Assembly (NCBI GenBank): GCA_046566245.1
Contig: JBKHXB010000001.1
Location: 4,221-68,220 of the forward strand
Origin: Alphaproteobacteria bacterium
GTDB lineage: Bacteria; Pseudomonadota; Alphaproteobacteria; Sphingomonadales; Sphingomonadaceae
Reading direction: 5' to 3'
DNA length: 64,000 nucleotides
Shown: positions 48,601 through 61,792 of the stretch, in pieces
How the letters are laid out: each line of letters begins with the position of its first letter
Position numbering within the stretch: position 1 is the first letter of the stretch
Program-made: the position numbers and the translations under genes
The notes under the pieces: model-generated
Told to the model about the DNA's origin: nothing
Databases searched by the model: none
Seen by the model: only the letters and a program-made list of their open reading frames with translations

Positions 48601-49249
48601 TCCAGTGCCCGAAATGAGGCGGAAGCGGAGCGGTCACGTCGATCGCCGGCTTGTTCTGCCGCGGGACGACCAGCCGCCAGGCATGGAGAAGCATCGGCTC
48701 GCCTCCACTGCCGTAAACCGGGTCGCCCGCGATCGGAAAGCCGAGCCCATGGCTGGCATGAACCCGGATCTGATGAGTCCGGCCGGTCTCCGGCATGAAT
48801 TCCACGAGAGTGCGCCCTTCGCGGCGCTCGATCGCCCGCCAGCGCGTCCGGGCCGGTTTTCCGCTCTCGTCCGGGACCATCCGCCAACCCTGCTCCCGGC
48901 TCGACCTCTTGGCCAGAGGAAGATCGATCGTGCCCTCGCCTGTCAGTTCGCCCTCGACGACCGCGAGATAGATTTTGTCGACCTCGCCCCTCTCGAACGC
49001 CACCCCGAACCTGGCACGCGCCTTCGGGTTGCGGGCGAGAAGCAGGCAGCCGGAAGTGTCGCGGTCGAGGCGGTGGACCGGAACCGGCGTCCGGTGAAAT
49101 CCGAACCGGAGCTCGTCTAGACGCGCGGCGAGGCTGTCACCGCCGCCTTTGGGCGTGTCCACCGGCAGGCCCGCGGGCTTGTCGAGGACCAGGGCCTCTG
49201 CGTCGATGAAGAGCACCTTCTGTTCCAGTTCGAAGCCAAGCCGGTTCAT
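48590..49249 (-). CDS. RluA-family pseudouridine synthase
   Basis: DKPAGL, VHRLDRDTSG, TGRTHQIRVH, GDPVYG, LHAW. Confidence 0.93.
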   Translation of the reverse strand: MNRLGFELEQKVLFIDAEALVLDKPAGLPVDTPKGGGDSLAARLDELRFGFHRTPVPVHRLDRDTSGCLLLARNPKARARFGVAFERGEVDKIYLAVVEGELTGEGTIDLPLAKRSSREQGWRMVPDESGKPARTRWRAIERREGRTLVEFMPETGRTHQIRVHASHGLGFPIAGDPVYGSGGEPMLLHAWRLVVPRQNKPAIDVTAPLPPHFGHWNAA

Positions 49250-49439
49250 TTCAGAGCGGGTGATCTGCGTCTCCTTTCGCTCCGGATTCGTTGAATGTGA
49301 TGCGTTGACGCCACGAATCAAAGGATTCCAGCCTGTTACAGTTTATTAACCTTTTGCCTCCATCCCTCTCATGGTTAATGGACGCTTCAAGGCCGTTAAA
49401 AGGGAATAACCTTTCCGGCCGGGAACGGGGGAGCCAGCA

Positions 49440-50153
49440 ATGCGCGTGCTGCTGATCGAAGACGAGCCGACGACCGCCAAGAGCATCGAGCTGATGCTCG
49501 GGACGGAGGGCTTCAACGTCTATACGACGGACCTTGGCGAGGAAGGCCTCGATCTCGGCAAGCTGTACGATTACGACATCATCCTCCTCGACCTGAACCT
49601 GCCCGACATGCACGGCTATGACGTGCTCAAGAAGCTGCGCACGGCCAAGGTCGGAACGCCGGTGCTCATCCTGTCGGGCATCGGCGAGATGGATTCCAAG
49701 GTCCGCGCACTCGGCTTCGGGGCCGACGATTATGTGACCAAGCCGTTTCACCGCGACGAGCTGGTGGCGCGAATCCACGCCATCGTCCGCCGCTCAAAAG
49801 GTCATTCGCAATCGGTCATCCGCACCGGCAAGCTGGCCGTGAACCTCGACGCCAAGACGGTCGAGGTCGATGGCGCCCGCGTGCACCTGACCGGCAAGGA
49901 ATATGCGATGCTGGAGCTGCTGTCGCTCCGCAAGGGCACGACTCTGACCAAGGAAATGTTCCTCAACCACCTTTACGGCGGGATGGACGAGCCCGAGCTC
50001 AAGATCATCGACGTCTTCATCTGCAAGCTGCGCAAGAAATTGAGCCTCGCCTGCGGCGGCGCCAACTATATCGAGACCGTCTGGGGACGCGGTTACGTGC
50101 TTCGCGATCCAGACGAGGCGGCCGAGCCGGTCCCTCAGACCGCGGTCGCCTAA
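49440..50153 (+). CDS. ctrA: Cell-cycle response regulator CtrA
   Basis: [20 protein letters not shown]...LLDLNLPD...[24 protein letters not shown]...IETVWGRGY, characteristic of CtrA. Confidence 0.96.
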   Translation: MRVLLIEDEPTTAKSIELMLGTEGFNVYTTDLGEEGLDLGKLYDYDIILLDLNLPDMHGYDVLKKLRTAKVGTPVLILSGIGEMDSKVRALGFGADDYVTKPFHRDELVARIHAIVRRSKGHSQSVIRTGKLAVNLDAKTVEVDGARVHLTGKEYAMLELLSLRKGTTLTKEMFLNHLYGGMDEPELKIIDVFICKLRKKLSLACGGANYIETVWGRGYVLRDPDEAAEPVPQTAVA

Positions 50154-50178
50154 GCCTGTTTCTCAGCTAACTGGGGGC

Positions 50179-50209
50179 GGGGCGGGGCCTGACGGCTCCG
50201 CCCCTTTTT
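50179..50209 (+). terminator. Rho-independent terminator after ctrA
   Basis: GGGGCGGGGC-loop-GCTCCGCCCC followed by TTTTT. Confidence 0.75.
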
Positions 50210-50215
50210 ATTGCG

Positions 50216-51595
50216 CTATGCGATTCCGCCGAGGCGCAAGGCCATGCCAGCGGCGGCGCCGAAAGCGATGACTGGCAGCACGCCGAGCCTGAACCGGAAC
50301 AGCATCAGGAAGGCCGCAGCGGTCAGCGCCAGCGCGGCGACGTTCGCCGTTTCAAGCAGTGGGACATCGACAACGAGCGGCCCTGCCCGGACCTCCCTGA
50401 CTTCGGCGAACAGGGCATAGAGCGAGAACCAGACGGCGAGGTTGGCGATCACCCCGACCACCGCGGCGGTGATTGCCGAGAGCGCGCCAGTGAGCGCCTT
50501 GTTGCCGCGCAGCCGCTCGACGAACGGCGCGCCAAGGAAAATCCAGAGGAAGCAGGGCGTGAACGTGACCCAGGTCGTGAGCACCGCGCCGAATGTCGCC
50601 GCGGCCAGCGGGTCGAGCGCACCCGAATTTCGGTAGGCCGCGAGGAAACCGACGAACTGGGTGACCATGATCAGGGGCCCCGGCGTGGTCTCAGCCATTC
50701 CGAGGCCGTCGAGCATTTCCTGCGCCGACAGCCAGCCGTAGGTTTCGACCGCCTGCTGCGCGACATAGGCAAGCACGGCATAGGCGCCGCCGAAGGTCAC
50801 CACCGCCATCTGGCTGAAGAAAAGGCCGATGCGGCTGAACACGTCGTCGGGGCCGAGCGCGGCCAGCAAGGCGGCGACCGGAACGAGCCAGAGCAGGAGG
50901 AACACGGCCGCGATCCGGGCGGACCAGCGCCAGTCCGGCCTGGCATGAGCGGGCAATTCGCTGCCGAGCACGGTGTCGCTGTCGGCGACATGGGACCCGC
51001 CGGCGGAATGCGGTTCTCCTCCGCCGAACCCCCCGGCGCCGGCCCGGGCGGCCACGAAGCCGATGAGGGCGGCCCCGACGACGATCGCCGGAAAAGGAAC
51101 GCCGAAAGCGAAGATCGCAAGGAAGGCGGCGGCCGCGATTCCCCAGCGCGCTCCGTTGCCGAGCGATCGCGACCCGATCCGGTACAGGGCCTGGAAAACG
51201 ATCGCGATCACGGCGGCTTTCAGCCCGAAGAACAGCCCCTCGATCGCCGGCAAGTCCCCGAGCAGGACATAGAGAAAGCTCAGCGCGAGGATCGCGACGA
51301 AGCCGGGAAGCACGAACAAGGTCCCGGCGACCAGGCCTCCGCGCGTCCTGTTGAGGAGCCAGCCGATGTAGATGGCAAGCTGTTGCGCCTCCGGGCCCGG
51401 GAGCAGCATGCAGTAGTTGAGCGCGTGGAGGAAACGCCGGTCGCCGATCCAGCGCTTCTCCTCCACAAGGATGCGGTGCATGACCGCGATCTGGCCGGCC
51501 GGCCCCCCGAAGCTGAGCGCGGCGACGCGCGCCCAGACCCGCACCGCTTCGCGGAAGGGGACGGGGTCGGACGCTCTGCTGGGCCTGGTTGTCAC
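50216..51595 (-). CDS. chrA: Chromate efflux transporter (CHR family)
   Basis: SFGGPAGQIAVM, LPGPEAQQ, TFGGAYAVL, ETTPGPLI. Start GTG 51595 is inferred. Confidence 0.92.
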   Translation of the reverse strand: MTTRPSRASDPVPFREAVRVWARVAALSFGGPAGQIAVMHRILVEEKRWIGDRRFLHALNYCMLLPGPEAQQLAIYIGWLLNRTRGGLVAGTLFVLPGFVAILALSFLYVLLGDLPAIEGLFFGLKAAVIAIVFQALYRIGSRSLGNGARWGIAAAAFLAIFAFGVPFPAIVVGAALIGFVAARAGAGGFGGGEPHSAGGSHVADSDTVLGSELPAHARPDWRWSARIAAVFLLLWLVPVAALLAALGPDDVFSRIGLFFSQMAVVTFGGAYAVLAYVAQQAVETYGWLSAQEMLDGLGMAETTPGPLIMVTQFVGFLAAYRNSGALDPLAAATFGAVLTTWVTFTPCFLWIFLGAPFVERLRGNKALTGALSAITAAVVGVIANLAVWFSLYALFAEVREVRAGPLVVDVPLLETANVAALALTAAAFLMLFRFRLGVLPVIAFGAAAGMALRLGGIA

Positions 51596-51642
51596 CGGCC
51601 ATGGATATTGCAGCGCGAAAGCCGCGCCTAGCTTTCCTTGAG

Positions 51643-52203
51643 CTAAGGCGTCCCGTGAGTCAGCGACGCCCGGCGGAAGAGTCCGCCGGACAAGGCCCAC
51701 AACGCCGCAAAGACCAGGTTCAGAGCGAGGATGCCCGCCGCGCCGGGCGGCTCCCACGCGCCCCAGCCCCAGGCCAGGGCGAGAATCGTGACCGCAACCT
51801 GCGCTGCCGCGGTCGCGAACATGGCGCTCGACAGTCCGCCGGGCTTGAAAGACGCGAGCAGCGCGCCGGTGACGGCCACCGCGAGCACAGCCGCGTAGAG
51901 CAGGTTCAGCGGATTATCCTCGCTGCCGATGATCCCGACGGCGAGATTGACCCACAGCAGCAGGAAGCCGGCGCCGGCGGCGACGATCGCGCCGAGACGA
52001 TAGGCGGCGTTTCCCGAAGCGCGAAGCGCAAGCTCGATGGTGCCGCAGGCTGCCGCCAGCATGATACCCATCGCAATGAAGTCGAATAGCGACCACGGCG
52101 CCTTGAGGACCAGCGGCAGGATCAGGACCAGCGCTGCGAAACTCCACATCGCCAGCCGCAGCCATCGCCACCAGTGTGGGCCGATCGTGTCCAGCGCCTT
52201 CAC
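51643..52203 (-). CDS. Hypothetical multi-TM membrane protein
   Basis: Five to six hydrophobic segments, [17 protein letters not shown]; start overlaps the upstream stop. Confidence 0.75.
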   Translation of the reverse strand: MKALDTIGPHWWRWLRLAMWSFAALVLILPLVLKAPWSLFDFIAMGIMLAAACGTIELALRASGNAAYRLGAIVAAGAGFLLLWVNLAVGIIGSEDNPLNLLYAAVLAVAVTGALLASFKPGGLSSAMFATAAAQVAVTILALAWGWGAWEPPGAAGILALNLVFAALWALSGGLFRRASLTHGTP

Positions 52204-53003
52204 GCGTCGATGTAGAGCCGGCGTCGCTCCGGCCGCACCGGGAGCACGATGTCGGGCTTAGCTACCTCTTCCTCGTCCATCCGGCGCCAGCCATCGCGGC
52301 CGAGCCGCTCGAGCGGGCGGAAGCGGGTCTTGTAGTCCATCCGTCGGGACCCTTCGACCCAATAGCCGAGATAGACGTAAGGCAGGCCCGCGCGCGCCGC
52401 GCGGACGATATGGTCGAGAATGATGAAGGTGCCGAGCGCCTTGCGCCCCTCGTGGCCGGCGTCGAAGAAGCTGTAGATCATCGACAGGCCGTCGCTCTGG
52501 TGATCCGAGAGGCAGCAGCCGACGAGCCGCCCCGGACGGCCATCCTTCGAGGGCTCGCGATATTCGATCATGTAGGTCCGGACCGGCGTCTGCTCGACCA
52601 TGTCGGCAAAGTCGCTCTCGTCCATTTCCGCCATGCCGCCGCCCGGATGGCGGATCGCGAGATAGCGCCGCAGCAGCGCATATTGCTCCTCGGTCGTCCA
52701 CGGCTTGCAGGCGATGACCTCGAGGTCGGAGTGGCGGCGCAGGACCTTGCGCTGGGTCGCCGTCGGCTGGAATTCCGAGGCGAGCACGCGCACCGAGACG
52801 CAGGCGCTGCAATCGATGCAGCTCGGCCGGTAGGCGACCGATTGGCTTCTCCTGAAGCCGATGCGGCCGAGCGCCTCGTTCAGTTCGCTCGCGTTGCGCC
52901 CGTTAAGCTCGGTGAACACCTTCCGCTCGACCTTGCCTGGCAGATAGGGGCACGGCGAAGGGTTGGTGACGAAGAACTTGGGGAAGCGGAAGGGTGCGCT
53001 CAT
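52200..53003 (-). CDS. Aminoacyl-tRNA--protein transferase (Ate1/Bpt family)
   Basis: [36 protein letters not shown]...MDYK. Confidence 0.9.
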   Translation of the reverse strand: MSAPFRFPKFFVTNPSPCPYLPGKVERKVFTELNGRNASELNEALGRIGFRRSQSVAYRPSCIDCSACVSVRVLASEFQPTATQRKVLRRHSDLEVIACKPWTTEEQYALLRRYLAIRHPGGGMAEMDESDFADMVEQTPVRTYMIEYREPSKDGRPGRLVGCCLSDHQSDGLSMIYSFFDAGHEGRKALGTFIILDHIVRAARAGLPYVYLGYWVEGSRRMDYKTRFRPLERLGRDGWRRMDEEEVAKPDIVLPVRPERRRLYIDA

Positions 53004-53100
53004 GGTTACGGCCGTATTTATGCGACCGGTAAACGCGCTTGAAAAGCCTCGGTCGCGGCTCCAGCGCGGGCCGGGGTGAATTCGTCCCGGAAAAGGACAG

Positions 53101-54318
53101 TCAATCGAGCGAGGCGCGCTCGACGTGGAAGCCCGCGTCCTTCAATTTCTGCTCGACCTGGTCGATCGCCGCCGCATCCCGGGCCTCGCATTCGACCTCG
53201 ATCACCGTGTCCTTGGCCGGAAGCGCGGTAAAGATCCGGCTGTGGCGGATCTCGATGATGTTGACCCCGGCCTCGAAGAATTTCTCGGTGATCCGGGCAA
53301 GCGCTCCCGGCTGGTCCTGGGCGGCGACTCGAAGCCGCGCGATGCGGCCCTGGCGGACGAGATCGCGGACAAGCACATTGGCGAGCAGGTGCGTGTCGAT
53401 ATTGCCGCCGCACAGTAGGGTCGCGACCTTGCGGCCCTTGAAGCGCGCGGGGTCGGCGAGCATCGCCGCAAGGCCCGCGGCCCCCGCCCCTTCGACGACC
53501 GTCTTTTCGATTCCCACCAGCATGGCGACCGCCCGCTCGAGGTCACGCTCCGAGACCAGAACGACGTCGTTCACCAGCTCGCCGATGATCCGCGAGGTGA
53601 GCTCGCCCGGCTGCTTGACGGCGATTCCCTCGGCAAGCGTGTCGCCGCCGAGGGGAAGATGGCAGCCCTCGATCGCGCACTTCATCGATGGGTAAAGCTC
53701 GGCCTCGACCCCGATCAGCTCGATCTCCGGCTTGATCGCGCGCGATGCGATCGCGACGCCCGACATGAGCCCGCCTCCGCCCACCGGAACGACGATGGAG
53801 TCGAGGTCCGGCGCGACCTCCAGCATCTCCAGCGCGACCGTCCCCGCGCCCGCGATGATCTGCGGATCGTCGAACGGGTGAACGAACACATAGCCCTTCT
53901 CGAGCGAGAGCTCGCGCGCCTTGGCATAGGCGTCGTCGAACATGTCGCCGTGGAGGATGACCGTGGCGCCGTGGCCTTCGGTCTGGCTCACCTTCACGCT
54001 GGGCGTCGGCGCGGGCATGACGATCGTCGCCGGGATGCCGAGCCGCCGCGCGTGATAGGCGACCGCCTGCGAATGGTTGCCGGCCGAGGCGGCGATCACC
54101 CCGCGCTCGCGCTCCTCCTCGGTCAGCTGGAGCAGCTTGTTGAGCGCGCCGCGCTCCTTGTAGGCGGCGGTGAACTGCAAATTCTCGAACTTCAGCCAGA
54201 CCTCCGCGCCGATGATCTCGGAAAGCGTCCGGCTGACCAGCATCGGCGTGCGGATGACGGCGCCCTCGATCCGCTTCGCGGCAGCGCGGATGTCGTCGAT
54301 CGTCGGCGGCTCAAGCAT
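53101..54318 (-). CDS. ilvA: Threonine ammonia-lyase with ACT domain
   Basis: [19 protein letters not shown]-Lys motif, ASAGNH, HPFD, VGGGGL, CGGNID, DQPGAL. Confidence 0.88.
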   Translation of the reverse strand: MLEPPTIDDIRAAAKRIEGAVIRTPMLVSRTLSEIIGAEVWLKFENLQFTAAYKERGALNKLLQLTEEERERGVIAASAGNHSQAVAYHARRLGIPATIVMPAPTPSVKVSQTEGHGATVILHGDMFDDAYAKARELSLEKGYVFVHPFDDPQIIAGAGTVALEMLEVAPDLDSIVVPVGGGGLMSGVAIASRAIKPEIELIGVEAELYPSMKCAIEGCHLPLGGDTLAEGIAVKQPGELTSRIIGELVNDVVLVSERDLERAVAMLVGIEKTVVEGAGAAGLAAMLADPARFKGRKVATLLCGGNIDTHLLANVLVRDLVRQGRIARLRVAAQDQPGALARITEKFFEAGVNIIEIRHSRIFTALPAKDTVIEVECEARDAAAIDQVEQKLKDAGFHVERASLD

Positions 54319-54372
54319 CGGCGCCGAGGCGTAGCGGTTCACTCGGGCGCGGACAATGCTATGCGGCAGGTC

Positions 54373-56055
54373 ATGAAAACCAAGCTCCTCGCGCTCGCGG
54401 CAGCGCTGCTCGCAACGCCCGCTTTCGCTGACACCTGGATCCGCGACGTCAACGGCATCCAGGTTGGCCCTGACGGCAAAATTCAGCGGTTCCGCGGCTT
54501 GCTTATCGGCGACGACGGCCGGGTGAAGCAGCTGAGCCCGGACCCCGAATCGATTCGTATCACCGGGACCGACCATGTGGGTGTGGTCGACGGCGGCGGC
54601 AGGACGCTGCTCCCCGGCATCATCGACGCGCACGGCCATGTAATGGGCCTCGGGCTCGCCGCGCTCCAGCTGGACCTGGTCGGCACGAATTCGCTTCAGG
54701 AGCTGCAGCAGCGGCTTCGCGATTATGCCGCCGCCAACCCGGACCTTCCCTGGATCATCGGGCGCGGCTGGAACCAGGAATTGTGGCCCGACAAGCGCTT
54801 CCCGTCCGCGGCCGATCTCGATTCGGTAGTGCGCGACCGGGCGGTGATGCTGGAGCGGGTCGATGGACATGCCGTGGTCGCCAACAGCGCGGCGCTCAAG
54901 GCGGCGGGCATCACCGCCGCAACGGCTGACCCCGCGGGCGGCAGGATCGAGCGGGACTCGAGGGGCAATCCCACGGGCCTGCTGATCGACTCGGCGAGCG
55001 AGCTGGTCGCTCGAAAGGTGCCACCGCCGACGAGCGCCCAGCTCGACTCGGCGCTGGCTGCAGCGCAGCAGGCGCTGCTCGCGGTCGGAATCACCGCGAC
55101 GGCGGACATGGGAACGAGCGTCGACGACTGGGAGACGTTGCGCCGGGCCGGCGAAGCGGGAGCGCTCAACGTTCGGGTCATGAGCTACGCTGCCGATGTT
55201 GGCCCAATGCGCGCCATCGCGCCCAACGGCCCGACGCCCTGGCTCTACGCTGACCGGCTGCGCATGGGCGGGATCAAGATCTACGGCGACGGCGCGCTCG
55301 GCTCGCGCGGGGCCTGGCTGAAGAAGCCCTATGCCGACAAGCCGGACACCAGCGGCCTGCGCTTCCTGAGCGACGAAGAACTTCGTTCGAAGATCGAGGA
55401 GGCCGCCAGGATCGGGATCCAGCCCGCAGTCCACGCGATCGGCGATGCGGCCAATGCCCAGGCGATCGCTGCCTTTGAATGGGCCAGGAATCGCCATTCC
55501 GGCGACCGGCGCTGGCGAATCGAGCATTTCCAGATCGCGGATCCGGCCGACATACCGCGCCTCGCGCCGGCCGGCATCATTGCCTCCATGCAGCCTGTCC
55601 ACCAGACCAGCGACCGGCTGATGGCAGAAAAGCGGCTGGGCCCCGACCGGCTCGCGGGCGCCTACGCCTGGCAGTCGGTGCTTAAGAGCGGAGCGAAGCT
55701 GGCTTTCGGCTCCGACTTCCCCGTAGAAAGTCCGAACCCGTTCCCGGGCCTTTCAGCCGCGATCAGCCGGCAGGACATGAACGGGCAGCCGCCGGGCGGC
55801 TGGATCCCTGCGGAACGGCTGAGCTTCGAGCAGGCGCTCACGGCCTTTACCCGCGATGCCGCGTTCGCGGGCTTTGCTGAAGGGAAGATCGGCGCGCTCG
55901 AGCCCGGCGCATGGGCCGATTTCATCCTTGTTGATCGAGACGTAAGCAGGGCCGACCCTCAGTCACTTGCGCGTACGCAGGTGCTGCAGACCTGGCTGGC
56001 GGGGAAGAAGGTGTGGGAGCGGCCTAGCGCCGCTCGCGGAGAGCGCGGCCGGTAA
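54373..56055 (+). CDS. Secreted amidohydrolase-3 (YtcJ-like)
   Basis: Signal peptide, PGIIDAHGH, KIYGDGALGSRGA, HAIGD, RIEH, FGSDFP. Confidence 0.88.
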   Translation: MKTKLLALAAALLATPAFADTWIRDVNGIQVGPDGKIQRFRGLLIGDDGRVKQLSPDPESIRITGTDHVGVVDGGGRTLLPGIIDAHGHVMGLGLAALQLDLVGTNSLQELQQRLRDYAAANPDLPWIIGRGWNQELWPDKRFPSAADLDSVVRDRAVMLERVDGHAVVANSAALKAAGITAATADPAGGRIERDSRGNPTGLLIDSASELVARKVPPPTSAQLDSALAAAQQALLAVGITATADMGTSVDDWETLRRAGEAGALNVRVMSYAADVGPMRAIAPNGPTPWLYADRLRMGGIKIYGDGALGSRGAWLKKPYADKPDTSGLRFLSDEELRSKIEEAARIGIQPAVHAIGDAANAQAIAAFEWARNRHSGDRRWRIEHFQIADPADIPRLAPAGIIASMQPVHQTSDRLMAEKRLGPDRLAGAYAWQSVLKSGAKLAFGSDFPVESPNPFPGLSAAISRQDMNGQPPGGWIPAERLSFEQALTAFTRDAAFAGFAEGKIGALEPGAWADFILVDRDVSRADPQSLARTQVLQTWLAGKKVWERPSAARGERGR

Positions 56056-58078
56056 GCATGGCCGGCGTGAGCACCTGCGGGAGTTCCTCTGGCTCGGCCG
56101 CGCCCGGCTCGTACCACAGATAGAGGGGAACGCCGGCGCGCCCACGCGCCTCCAGGAAGCGAGTGATCGCCGGATCGCCGTTGGTCCAGTCGCCCGCAAG
56201 GACCTTGATTCCGCGCGCCTTGAAAGCGTCGCGGACCGATTTGCGGTCGATCGCCGCGGCTTCGTTGACCTTGCACGTCAGGCACCAGTCGGCGGTGAAA
56301 TAGACGAAGACAGGCCGGCCGGCCGCCAGCTCGCGCCGGACGGCATCCTCGCTCCAGGCCGCTGCACCCGCCACTTTCACCGGTCCGCTCGCCTGCCTTA
56401 CGGGGGCGAGCGCGATCGCGCCGACGATCGCGGCCCCTGCGAGCGTGAGCCCGAAGAGCGGACTTGGCCCCCCCCGCCTCTGGGCAAGCCCGACGATGAA
56501 AAGCGCAATGGCGAGGATCGCGGCAGCGGCCAGCCCGATCCACAGTGCCTGTTGCCCGCCCTGCCGGTATAGCAGCCACAGCGCCGCGACTGCGCTTGCA
56601 CCCATTGGGATGGCGAGGAAACGCTGGAGCCGCGACATCCACCCGCCCGGCGCAGGGAGACGCCGTCTCAGCGCGGGGAAGAAGGCGATCGCCAGAAAGG
56701 GCAGAGCGATCCCAAACCCAAGCGCGGCGAACACCGCGACGGAGCCGTAAAGGGGAAGCAGGAGCGCGGTGCCGAGAGCAGCACCGAGGAATGGACCAGC
56801 GCAGGGCGTCGCGACGAAGGCGGCAAGCGCGCCCGTGCCGAAGCTGCCCGCCGGGCGGGCGCTTCCGCCGATTGCCGGGAGCTGGAATAGCCCGAGCAGG
56901 TTGGCGGTGATCGCCGTCGCCAGCAGCAGCAGGAGCATGATCGTCCTTGGGTCCTGGAGCTGGAACGCCCAGCCGGCCGCGGTCCCTCCCGCGCGTATCG
57001 CCACCAGCGCCACGCCGAGAGCGCCCGTTCCGAGGATAGCGCCGGCCGCATAGGCGAGCGCGTCGCGGCGCGCATGCCGCGCTTCGCCACCCGCCTTGGC
57101 CAGGTGCAGCGCTTTCAGGGCGAGGATCGGGAAGACGCAGGGCATGAGATTGAGTAGCAGCCCGCCGGCGATCGCACCGAGAACCGCCCAGAAAAGCGCG
57201 TCGGGGCCAGGCCCGCCGATGGGAGTTCCGCCGCTTCCGACCGGGCGGCGCACCGCCTTGAACTCGAGGCCTCGGCCGCCGCCGATCGCGAGCACGCCGC
57301 GGAACTCGCGCGGGTCACCCGGACGGCTTTTCAGGTGGACGATGATGCGGTCGCCGTCGCGGAAGAATTTCTGCGGCGCCGCATAATCGATCACGCCGTC
57401 GTCGATCGGAAACACATAAGGATTGTTGAGGCGGATGCTTTTCGGCAGCGGAATGGCGAGGCGGTAAATGTCTCCCGTCGACTGGAAGGCCGCGAGCGTG
57501 GTCAGCGGCTGCGGAAGGAAGCGCCGCCATTCATCGAACTGCGCCCGGTTGGGAGTGCCCACGCCCACCGGCAGATCGAGCGAGAACTCGCCCTTTTCGG
57601 GAACGCACACCTTGTCGGTGCAGGCGAGCCAGGTGGCCGCGGCCCTGACAGGAATCGTGCCGGCCGCTCCCGCCGGGACCTCGAGGCGTGTCAGGATCGC
57701 ATAGTCGCGCTCGTAGACATAGTTCATCAGCCCAGCGATCGTCAGGCGCGACGGCACGGGGTAGCGGAGCTCTGCGATCGAGAACCCGGCCGGGAGCTGC
57801 CATTTGACCTCCATCGGCAGGCCGGCGTCGCCGGGGTTGAGCCAATAGCCGTGCCAGCCGGGTTTCGTCCGCATGAGGATCGCGAGCTCGACCTCCCCGC
57901 CGGGGACCGCCGGGCCTTCGGCGACCAGCTGCGGCTGGATCGCGTTCTCGCGCGGCTGGGCGTGCGCGAGCGCAGGGACGAGCAACAGGGCAAGGAGAAG
58001 GAGCAACAGGAACCCTCCCCCTCGATGAGGGAGGGTTGGGAGGGGGTGAAACCCATTGCGGAGTCCCACGTCAAACAT
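56024..58078 (-). CDS. DsbD-family protein-disulfide reductase
   Basis: DsbD N domain (GWHGYWLNPGDAG, CTDKVC), TM domain (NLMPCVFP, ATPCAGP), thioredoxin WCLTC. Start is uncertain. Confidence 0.88.
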   Translation of the reverse strand: MFDVGLRNGFHPLPTLPHRGGGFLLLLLLALLLVPALAHAQPRENAIQPQLVAEGPAVPGGEVELAILMRTKPGWHGYWLNPGDAGLPMEVKWQLPAGFSIAELRYPVPSRLTIAGLMNYVYERDYAILTRLEVPAGAAGTIPVRAAATWLACTDKVCVPEKGEFSLDLPVGVGTPNRAQFDEWRRFLPQPLTTLAAFQSTGDIYRLAIPLPKSIRLNNPYVFPIDDGVIDYAAPQKFFRDGDRIIVHLKSRPGDPREFRGVLAIGGGRGLEFKAVRRPVGSGGTPIGGPGPDALFWAVLGAIAGGLLLNLMPCVFPILALKALHLAKAGGEARHARRDALAYAAGAILGTGALGVALVAIRAGGTAAGWAFQLQDPRTIMLLLLLATAITANLLGLFQLPAIGGSARPAGSFGTGALAAFVATPCAGPFLGAALGTALLLPLYGSVAVFAALGFGIALPFLAIAFFPALRRRLPAPGGWMSRLQRFLAIPMGASAVAALWLLYRQGGQQALWIGLAAAAILAIALFIVGLAQRRGGPSPLFGLTLAGAAIVGAIALAPVRQASGPVKVAGAAAWSEDAVRRELAAGRPVFVYFTADWCLTCKVNEAAAIDRKSVRDAFKARGIKVLAGDWTNGDPAITRFLEARGRAGVPLYLWYEPGAAEPEELPQVLTPAMLTGRALRERR

Positions 58079-58113
58079 CACCCCTCCCTAGCCCTCCCCA
58101 TGAAGGGGAGGGA
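58013..58113. repeat. REP/MITE-like pair of inverted palindromic units
   Basis: CCCTCCCCCTCGATGAGGGAGGGTTGGGAGGGGGTG (58013-48) and inverted CACCCCTCCCTAGCCCTCCCCATGAAGGGGAGGG (58079-58112); each unit holds a CCCTCCCC/GGGAGGG hairpin. Confidence 0.75.
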
Positions 58114-58127
58114 AGCGGTAGTTCTGC

Positions 58128-60745
<2,618 letters not shown>

Positions 60746-60746
<1 letters not shown>

Positions 60747-61792
60747 CAGGCCGCGATCACCATCGGCTCAAGCCCGGCGAGCAAAGTGTCCTGCCGTGGC
60801 GCGGGAACGCGGCGCGGCGCCTTGCCGAGCACGACCTCGGCAATCGCGCGGATGTGCTCCGGAGTGGTCCCGCAGCAACCCCCGACGACGTTCACCAGCC
60901 CGTCATGGACCCATTCGGCCACCTGCGCCGCGGTCTCGGCGGCGGCTTCGTCATATTCGCCGAGCTCGTTCGGCAGCCCGGCGTTCGGGTAGGCCATGAC
61001 CAGCGTGTCGGCGATCGCGGATAGCGCGGCGAGGTGCGGGCGCAGCTGCGCGGCCCCAAACGAGCAGTTGAGGCCGATCGTGAGCGGCTTGGCGTGCCGG
61101 ACGCTTGCCCAGAAGGCCTCGACCGTATGGCCGGACAGGTTGCGGCCCGACAGGTCGGTGAGGGTCATCGAGATCATCAGCGGAAGGGCGCGTCCAAGGT
61201 CCTGCTCCGCCTCCAGGGTCGCCATCACCGCGGCCTTGGCGTTCAGAGTGTCGAACACCGTCTCGACGAGGATGAAATCGACCCCGCCGTCGACCAGGCC
61301 GTCAACCTGTTCCCGGTAGACCTGCTTGACAGTGTCGAAATCGACTTCGCGATAGGCGGGGTCGTTGACGTCGGGCGAGAGCGACAGCGTCTTGTTGGTC
61401 GGGCCGATTGCTCCGGCCACCCAGCGCGGACGCCCGTCCCTGACCGTGAAAGCGTCGGCCACGGCGCGAGTGATCCCGGCGGCGGCGCGATTGATCTCGG
61501 CCGCCAGCGCCTCGGCGCCATAGTCCGAGAGGCTGATGCGGTTGGCGTTGAAGGTGTTGGTGGCGAGCACGTCCGCGCCCGCCGCGGCGAAACGCTCGCA
61601 AATCCCGCGGACGACGCCGGGCTGCGTCAGGTTCAGCAGGTCGTTGTTGCCGCGCTGGTCCTTCATCAGGTCCAGGCCCCCGCAATAGGCCTCCGACGGC
61701 AGCCGCTCCGCCTGGATCATGGTGCCATAGGCGCCGTCCTTGACGAGGATTCGCCTGGCGGCTTCGGCCCGGAAGGATTCGGCCGGGCTCAC
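60746..61792 (-). CDS. metH: Homocysteine S-methyltransferase domain (N-terminal part of split MetH)
   Basis: [39 protein letters not shown]; GTG 61792 overlaps the metF stop. Confidence 0.93.

Noticed and set aside
53101-56055. 833-aa and 798-aa ORF calls
   Set aside because: Overextended starts. The real genes are threonine ammonia-lyase (from 54318, minus) and amidohydrolase (from 54373, plus), arranged divergently.
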